Positions 59,121 to 64,000 of a stretch of 64,000 nucleotides of DNA are shown here, piece after piece. The stretch comes from Gammaproteobacteria bacterium. GTDB lineage: Bacteria > Pseudomonadota > Gammaproteobacteria > Eutrophobiales > Eutrophobiaceae. Position 1 is the first letter of the stretch. Every line of letters starts with the position of its first letter. Location: the NCBI GenBank assembly GCA_965215365.1, contig CBDCDS010000003.1:128001-192000 (forward strand). The letters run 5' to 3'. The translations under genes and the position numbers were made by a program. The notes beneath the pieces are model-generated. The model searched no databases. It was not told the origin of the DNA and saw only the letters and a program-made list of their open reading frames with translations.

Positions 59121-59924
59121 CTACCGCACCTGCAAATGCCGCAGCAGGTTGACGTCGCAGTAATGCTGTGTATCCAGTACCAGTCGTTCCTGTAACAACT
59201 GTAGCTGGTGCATCAGGAACATGATGAAAATGCTGATGATCAAGGCGATGAAGGTGGAATTGAAGGCCACGCCCAGGCTCACGGTCACGCCGACAATATC
59301 CCCTTCCACAGCGCGGTGGGCCTGCCCTAAGGCCGCGCCGATGCCGCGCACTGTACCGATGAAGCCAATGGAAGGTATCGCCCAGATGATGTACCTGATC
59401 ATGGAAAGTTCGGAATCCAGCCGGTCGGATTCGGTATCACAGACCTCCCTGATGGCCGAGGACACATCCTGAATAGCCGCAGTGGAACCAAAGCGTTGCA
59501 ATGCCGCCTGCAGGGCGCGCGGCAACAGGTATTCCCGCTCATCCTGCGCCAACGCCTGCAACGGGCGCAGGTACTGGCGGGTATCCTCCGGCAAAATGGT
59601 AGCGCCGGGCGGCAACTCCAGCAGCGCGCGACCTAACAAGCGTCTTTCAGCGAGCGCCACCCTGGCTTTCCAGCCAATAATGGCAATGACCCACAGAGCT
59701 AGGATAAAACAGGCCTCTTGCTCAAAGTCTTTGATCACGATAAACACAGAGCGTTGTACCTCGTAGCCCTCCCCGACCTCCTGTTGCAAACGCTGCTCCT
59801 CCAGCAACGCCTCCGCATTCGGTCGCACTACCGCCACGTACAATGCATGCACGATAATGATCGCGGCGATCAAGGTAAACAACTGGTAGAAAAAATCTGT
59901 AGTCTGGTTGAGTCTCACAGTCAC
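59121..59924 (-). CDS. MotA/TolQ/ExbB proton-channel family protein
   Basis: WAIPSIGFIGTVRGI...LGVAFNST. Confidence 0.9.
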   Translation of the reverse strand: MTVRLNQTTDFFYQLFTLIAAIIIVHALYVAVVRPNAEALLEEQRLQQEVGEGYEVQRSVFIVIKDFEQEACFILALWVIAIIGWKARVALAERRLLGRALLELPPGATILPEDTRQYLRPLQALAQDEREYLLPRALQAALQRFGSTAAIQDVSSAIREVCDTESDRLDSELSMIRYIIWAIPSIGFIGTVRGIGAALGQAHRAVEGDIVGVTVSLGVAFNSTFIALIISIFIMFLMHQLQLLQERLVLDTQHYCDVNLLRHLQVR

Positions 59925-59931
59925 ACCATGG

Positions 59932-60225
59932 TTATATGTCCACCGGAAAGTCTATGGAGTAATCCTCGGAAACTTCCTCGGTCGGGTCGAAGAGTTCTGG
60001 CGCGACTTGGGCTGCTTCCTCTTCATCCTGCTGTTCAGTAGTTTCCTGTTTTGCTTGTGCGGAGTTAGGTTCAGTGCCGTCGGGAACCTCTTGCGCTACC
60101 GCCGTAACAGCAGCAAACAAAACAAGCAAAAGAGCCGTTCTATAACATCGCAGAATACCTTTGCGCTTTTGGCTATCTACTATTTTCAATTTACGAACAT
60201 GATTTGTGTTCTTCGCAGCTTCCAT
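59932..60225 (-). CDS. Small secreted acidic protein
   Basis: Signal-like segment; C-terminal FDPTEEVSEDYSIDFPVDI. Confidence 0.65.
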   Translation of the reverse strand: MEAAKNTNHVRKLKIVDSQKRKGILRCYRTALLLVLFAAVTAVAQEVPDGTEPNSAQAKQETTEQQDEEEAAQVAPELFDPTEEVSEDYSIDFPVDI

Positions 60226-60330
60226 TTATTCTTCCAGTAAAGTTTCAATTTCACGGGCTAGGGCGGGCAGGTTTGTACGACATCCCATACCACGAATGTC
60301 GTACAGATACTTCCGCGCTTCAAGTTTCAT
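60226..60330 (-). pseudogene. Internally deleted DUF86/HEPN (HepT-like) toxin
   Basis: MKLEARKYLYDI joined to VVWDVV (alternative frame) and NLPALAREIETLLEE*. Confidence 0.65.
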
Positions 60331-60713
60331 AAGGTAACCTCTAAAAATACCCTCCGTGGACGCAACCCTCGCCCCATAATTCCAATGATGCGTTCAGCGC
60401 GGGATTAGCCTGCACGACAAATCTTGCAGGCGTTTCACCAGTGCTGGAGAAAGGTACAAAGATTCAACCGTTTCATCTTCATTCCCCAATAGGGTAGCCT
60501 GACTTGATCTGCCAGCATAAACCGGCAGGTGTTTCAGACCAAGACTCCCAGGTAGTTTTTTTCCATGCACCCTGTTTCCCGTTTGCCCATCATAACTTAC
60601 GATGTAGGAAATATTGTCATCTTTCAACTCAAATCCGGTCAAGAGATGCACATTGTCATGCCTTACGTGAAGTTGGCCTTCGTTTCCCTTATTACCTCGA
60701 TGCTGTCCTTTTG

Positions 60714-60742
60714 AGGGTGCCTCTAATTAATAGAGGCACCCT
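60714..60742. repeat. Short palindrome, GGnnnCCTCTA-family copy
   Basis: AGGGTGCCTCTA-ATTAA-TAGAGGCACCCT abutting the MTase stop codon. Confidence 0.85.
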
Positions 60743-62379
60743 TATCTTTTAACTCGGTAAGTTCCATTGACGGTTTTTTCGATGTTAAGTTGTTGAAGAT
60801 AGCGCGCCTCATCGAAATCGGTTGCACCTTTTAGAAACTGGTTGTGAATCGGAAGTGACTCCAGATCACCTCTTAGTATTTTGTGCGTGTTGAATATGCT
60901 TGAAAACACCCAATTCATAAAATCACTACTCAAAATATCCCCCAGCATCTTCGTTGAAACAGGGAAGGTTGCATCAGGAATCAATATATTTGCACTATTA
61001 AGGACAGCCCTCTGTTTGTCATCATAAAAGAAACACAGTTTCGATGAAATGAACTTGTAGATAAGCTTTTCCTTTGCCTCGTACATCGTCAGTGGTGCTA
61101 CTTGCTGGTACAGACGCATATCGGACGGGATGAAGCTGGTGGCATCCTTCAATTTTCCTTTTAGAATATCAGCGCCTTTATAAACTGGAATATGGCCGCT
61201 TTGAGGTGAAGACTTTACAAACTTTTTATTGTTGCCCGTAACAATACCCAAGCCCCACGATGCTTGATTCTTGAGCGTTGTGTATGGCACTGACAGCAGG
61301 TGTTGCAATGTTATTGCATCTTCGTCATCACAATACAAATTCAGTATCGACTTTGGATTGCATGAGAATGAGTCACTGAATCTTTTGAATCTGATGCCCT
61401 CAGCTTCGCATGAAATACTGGAACGAGGAGTGGAAGGGGTTTTCCCAAGAATGATGCCCTGTGCATTTGTTACAAGTCCCTTGAATACCTTTCCGTAGTC
61501 AATCAATCGTTCGATAGAAAGCTGAAGGGCTTTAATGCGCGCATCTTCAAAAGCAGCGATATTAAAAAAGGCCTCGGGCAAAAGTAATCCAAGCCTTCCA
61601 TTCACATTGAGGCAGCGCAGACAAGCAAAGAAAAACAGGGAACAAGTGTCTATGCTGGACCCTGCTCCCAGCCTCCAACCTAGGGCCTCTCTTGTTTGCC
61701 TGTCAATCTTCTTGCCCCATGGTGGATTTGTGTATATATGGTCAAAACAGGAGGTTTCTTTGCGTAACGACGTATCAAGGAAATCGGCAATCCTGATATT
61801 TTCACTTTTGTGGCCGGTTGTCTTATAGATTCTGGTTTTTGTTATTTCGACTGCAACCGGGTCAATATCATATCCATAAATATTTTCCGGCCTGAAACCC
61901 AACTCTATTGCGCGCATGATGAAATTTCCGGAACCACAGCACGGATCACAGAACGAGTTGTTCAGGACATCATTTTCCGGTGGCGCGAACAGATCGCGCA
62001 CAACCCCTTCCGGCGTATAGTAGATTCCTTCTTTGTTGCGATAGGAGTCAGATAAACTCGATTCATACTCCATACCAATTTTACCTGACGAACCGGCAGA
62101 TAAACTGATATCATTGAGAAACTTTGACACAGTTTTGTCGTGGTCATGCCAGTCTTTCAGTGACTTATTGGCCCGTTGGGTCAACTTTGCCTTGCCGGAC
62201 ATATCAGCCTTGAACTGCTCCAATGATTCAAGAGTGACCCTTCCTTTCCCCGCCGATTCCAGATATTTCGTCTTTATCCAATTACGAATCGTCGCAGTGG
62301 AAACACCCAGACGAATCGCTGATTCCTCAATAGCGATCGCCGGAGGATCAACTCCACCAAACAGATTGCATTGTTCCAA
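60742..62379 (-). CDS. Gamma-class N6-adenine DNA methyltransferase (TaqI/HincII-like) with N-terminal HTH
   Basis: GVSTATIRNW HTH; GIYYTP, DPCCGSGNF, TNPPW, GIVTGNN, KLIYKFIS; lower GC than flanks. Confidence 0.9.
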   Translation of the reverse strand: MEQCNLFGGVDPPAIAIEESAIRLGVSTATIRNWIKTKYLESAGKGRVTLESLEQFKADMSGKAKLTQRANKSLKDWHDHDKTVSKFLNDISLSAGSSGKIGMEYESSLSDSYRNKEGIYYTPEGVVRDLFAPPENDVLNNSFCDPCCGSGNFIMRAIELGFRPENIYGYDIDPVAVEITKTRIYKTTGHKSENIRIADFLDTSLRKETSCFDHIYTNPPWGKKIDRQTREALGWRLGAGSSIDTCSLFFFACLRCLNVNGRLGLLLPEAFFNIAAFEDARIKALQLSIERLIDYGKVFKGLVTNAQGIILGKTPSTPRSSISCEAEGIRFKRFSDSFSCNPKSILNLYCDDEDAITLQHLLSVPYTTLKNQASWGLGIVTGNNKKFVKSSPQSGHIPVYKGADILKGKLKDATSFIPSDMRLYQQVAPLTMYEAKEKLIYKFISSKLCFFYDDKQRAVLNSANILIPDATFPVSTKMLGDILSSDFMNWVFSSIFNTHKILRGDLESLPIHNQFLKGATDFDEARYLQQLNIEKTVNGTYRVKR

Positions 62380-62391
62380 TTTTTCTACCTT

Positions 62392-62838
62392 TTATCGTTT
62401 TATGGGGTCAAATAACGGGTTGCGAGTCAACAGGGATGGGAAACGGCTGAAGTCCTTGTCCGCGGTGAATAACTCACTGACTCCGTGAGAGAGACAGATG
62501 GTGGCAATACGCGCATCATGAATCTCCGGGCCTCGGGCTCTGCCGTCCGTTATCAATGAGTCCAACCGCGCCAGGTGATCGGCGGCTTCACCTATCATGA
62601 CCAGAGACGGGGATGCAAGCCAGGCGCCTACCTGCTCAAGAGCCTGCGGCGCGGTAGAAGGCGGATCATAGATCCGGGGATGCGTTGCAATAGCTAGGAA
62701 TTCGTGGACGCACGGCCACGGTATTGCCCAAGCATGTTGTGCCTGGGCAAGACTTGTTACTACGTCTCTTGCGCGTTGATGCCATTCGCTGTCCTGCCGG
62801 TGTGCATAAACCAGTATATTTGTGTCAACGGCGATCAA
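62392..62838 (-). CDS. vapC: VapC-family PIN ribonuclease toxin
   Basis: IAVDTNILVYAH...EF...HDARIA...TADKDF; TTG start overlaps the vapB stop. Confidence 0.88.
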   Translation of the reverse strand: MIAVDTNILVYAHRQDSEWHQRARDVVTSLAQAQHAWAIPWPCVHEFLAIATHPRIYDPPSTAPQALEQVGAWLASPSLVMIGEAADHLARLDSLITDGRARGPEIHDARIATICLSHGVSELFTADKDFSRFPSLLTRNPLFDPIKR

Positions 62839-63080
62839 TTGCCGCGGTCCTCGTAGGCGGCGTGTCTGACAGATGCCCAAGGCTTGTCCCTGAATTCGGC
62901 CCGCAACCCGTTCCCGGCCACGCTCCTGTCTGCCAGACGGAACAATTCGGCCCGCTTGGCTTCCTGCAGGGCATAACGGAGGCCTTGTTCAACGAGCGCT
63001 CGAAAAGTAGTGCCGCGTTTCGCCGCAAGCGCCTTGGCTTCCAGCGCCAGCGCATCGGATAAATCAATGGTTGTCTTCAT
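62835..63080 (-). CDS. vapB: VapB/DUF2191-like antitoxin
   Basis: MKTTIDLSDALALEAKALAAKRGTTFRALVEQGLR RHH motif. Confidence 0.85.
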   Translation of the reverse strand: MKTTIDLSDALALEAKALAAKRGTTFRALVEQGLRYALQEAKRAELFRLADRSVAGNGLRAEFRDKPWASVRHAAYEDRGN

Positions 63081-63217
63081 GCTGTAAACCCATATCAGAT
63101 GATATGGGAGACCATATACTACATTGGATGGTCCTGTCAAGAGCATGTTCATGTTTTCTTTTTCTTGCCACCAGTGCCATATCGTCCGTATAATACACAC
63201 TCGGACAAATGTAAGGA

Positions 63218-63502
63218 ATGCGCATGCGTTTTGAATGGAATCGGGCAAAGAACGAGATCAATATCCGCAAGCACGGAATCGACTTTGCAGATGTAGGGGA
63301 GATGTTTGATCATCCGACATTGATCTTGCAGGATGTCCGTAAAGACTATGGAGAAGAGCGTTGGGTTGCCATTGGACAACTGCAATCGTTGCTATGCGTT
63401 GTTGTCTATACCGAACGCCCCGGTGATGTGCTGCGCGTTATTTCCGCCAGAAAGGCGACTCAATATGAAAGACAACGCTATGAAAAAAGGATCAAGAACT
63501 GA
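63218..63502 (+). CDS. brnT: BrnT toxin
   Basis: FEWNRAKNEINIRKHGIDF...DYGEERW...VVYTER...RVISARKA. Confidence 0.92.
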   Translation: MRMRFEWNRAKNEINIRKHGIDFADVGEMFDHPTLILQDVRKDYGEERWVAIGQLQSLLCVVVYTERPGDVLRVISARKATQYERQRYEKRIKN

Positions 63503-63740
63503 TTGGAAGCGGCTAAGGCAAATGAAGGATGAGACTATTGATACCGGCGATATTCCAGAACTGGATGATGAGTTCTTTCGACGGGCAGAAGTAAAGACCA
63601 TGCCCAAGCTCGCAGGCCCATGGGGCATCTTTGAAAAGTTGAGCAGTCTTCTGCATATCCGGTTTGATAATGAGGGAAAACCGGTCAGCAAATCATCCCC
63701 ACTCCCCTCAATACGCGAATCGGGCAATTCTGAAACCTAA
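63480..63740 (+). pseudogene. BrnA antitoxin lacking its C-terminal RHH domain
   Basis: MKKGSRTDWKRL...IDTGDIPELDDEFFRRA, then unrelated sequence that runs into the convergent gene. Confidence 0.65.
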
Positions 63741-64000
63741 GTCATTTCTGGCTGCGCTGTCGTAGTCGCGGTGGGACAGGCGTAGTTCGGTGACGGTGCT
63801 GTGGCGCCAGCTGGCGCCGCGGATGACATGGAGGTCGCCACGGTCCGGCCCCATGGGATTGAGTTCGGCTTTTTTGTCGGTACTGACTACTACGTCATAG
63901 ACATCGTTGACCCACTCTGCGACATTGCCGCCTAAGTCGAACAGGCCCTTGTCGTTGGCGGGGAAGCTGCCTACCGGCGCGCTGACGATGTGCCCGTCAT
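63708..64000 (-). CDS. C-terminal part of an FGE-sulfatase (SUMF1) domain protein, cut by the window edge
   Basis: APVGSFPANDKGLFDLGGNVAEWV...HVIRGASW...LGFRIARFAY*. Confidence 0.88.
   Translation of the reverse strand, partial: DGHIVSAPVGSFPANDKGLFDLGGNVAEWVNDVYDVVVSTDKKAELNPMGPDRGDLHVIRGASWRHSTVTELRLSHRDYDSAARNDLGFRIARFAY

Larger units (their letters stand above)
57729..59169. mobile_element. 1.4 kb islet bounded by a 48 bp direct repeat of the exbB-like gene 3' end
   Basis: TACCGCACCTGCAAATGCCGCAGCAGGTTGACGTCGCAGTAATGCTGT at 57729-57776 and 59122-59169. Confidence 0.85.

Noticed and set aside
60394-60651. 85 aa ORF downstream of the MTase
   Set aside because: It has no recognisable motif and lies between two scar-family sites, so it is probably debris.
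57777-63740. Integron cassette array or diversity-generating retroelement explaining the TA/MTase/secreted genes
   Set aside because: I could not identify an intI, attC-like sites, a reverse transcriptase or a TR/VR pair.

Overview
64 kb of a GC-rich gammaproteobacterial chromosome. Core genes include yfgM-bamB-der, hppA, TPR-lolB-ispE, DUF502-aspS, cca, deoD, tRNA-Lys and tRNA-Arg. Accessory content includes an oxidative sugar-catabolism cluster, two TonB-dependent receptor loci, a tungsten AOR-family enzyme, and an uncharacterised ExbB/VWA/FHA/lipoprotein operon. There are also many remnants of restriction-modification and toxin-antitoxin modules. No transposase, integrase or CRISPR array is visible. 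Three patterns stand out. (1) Two distant, apparently paralogous genes for small secreted proteins each sit behind a long homopolymer tract (C24 and G14) in a short translated leader, consistent with slippage-controlled phase variation. One lies in a 1.4 kb integrase-less islet bounded by a 48 bp duplication of the 3' end of the exbB-like gene. (2) A ~239 bp structured MITE with YTAR target sites occurs as 6 full and several partial copies. It supplies the start codon of bamB and of a glycosyltransferase gene, and it is inserted in frame into the lolB signal peptide. (3) A ~27 bp palindrome GGnnnCCTCTA-ATTAA-TAGAGGnnnCC recurs at points where genes end or are truncated. All calls are by eye from sequence motifs and recalled family features; no searches were run.
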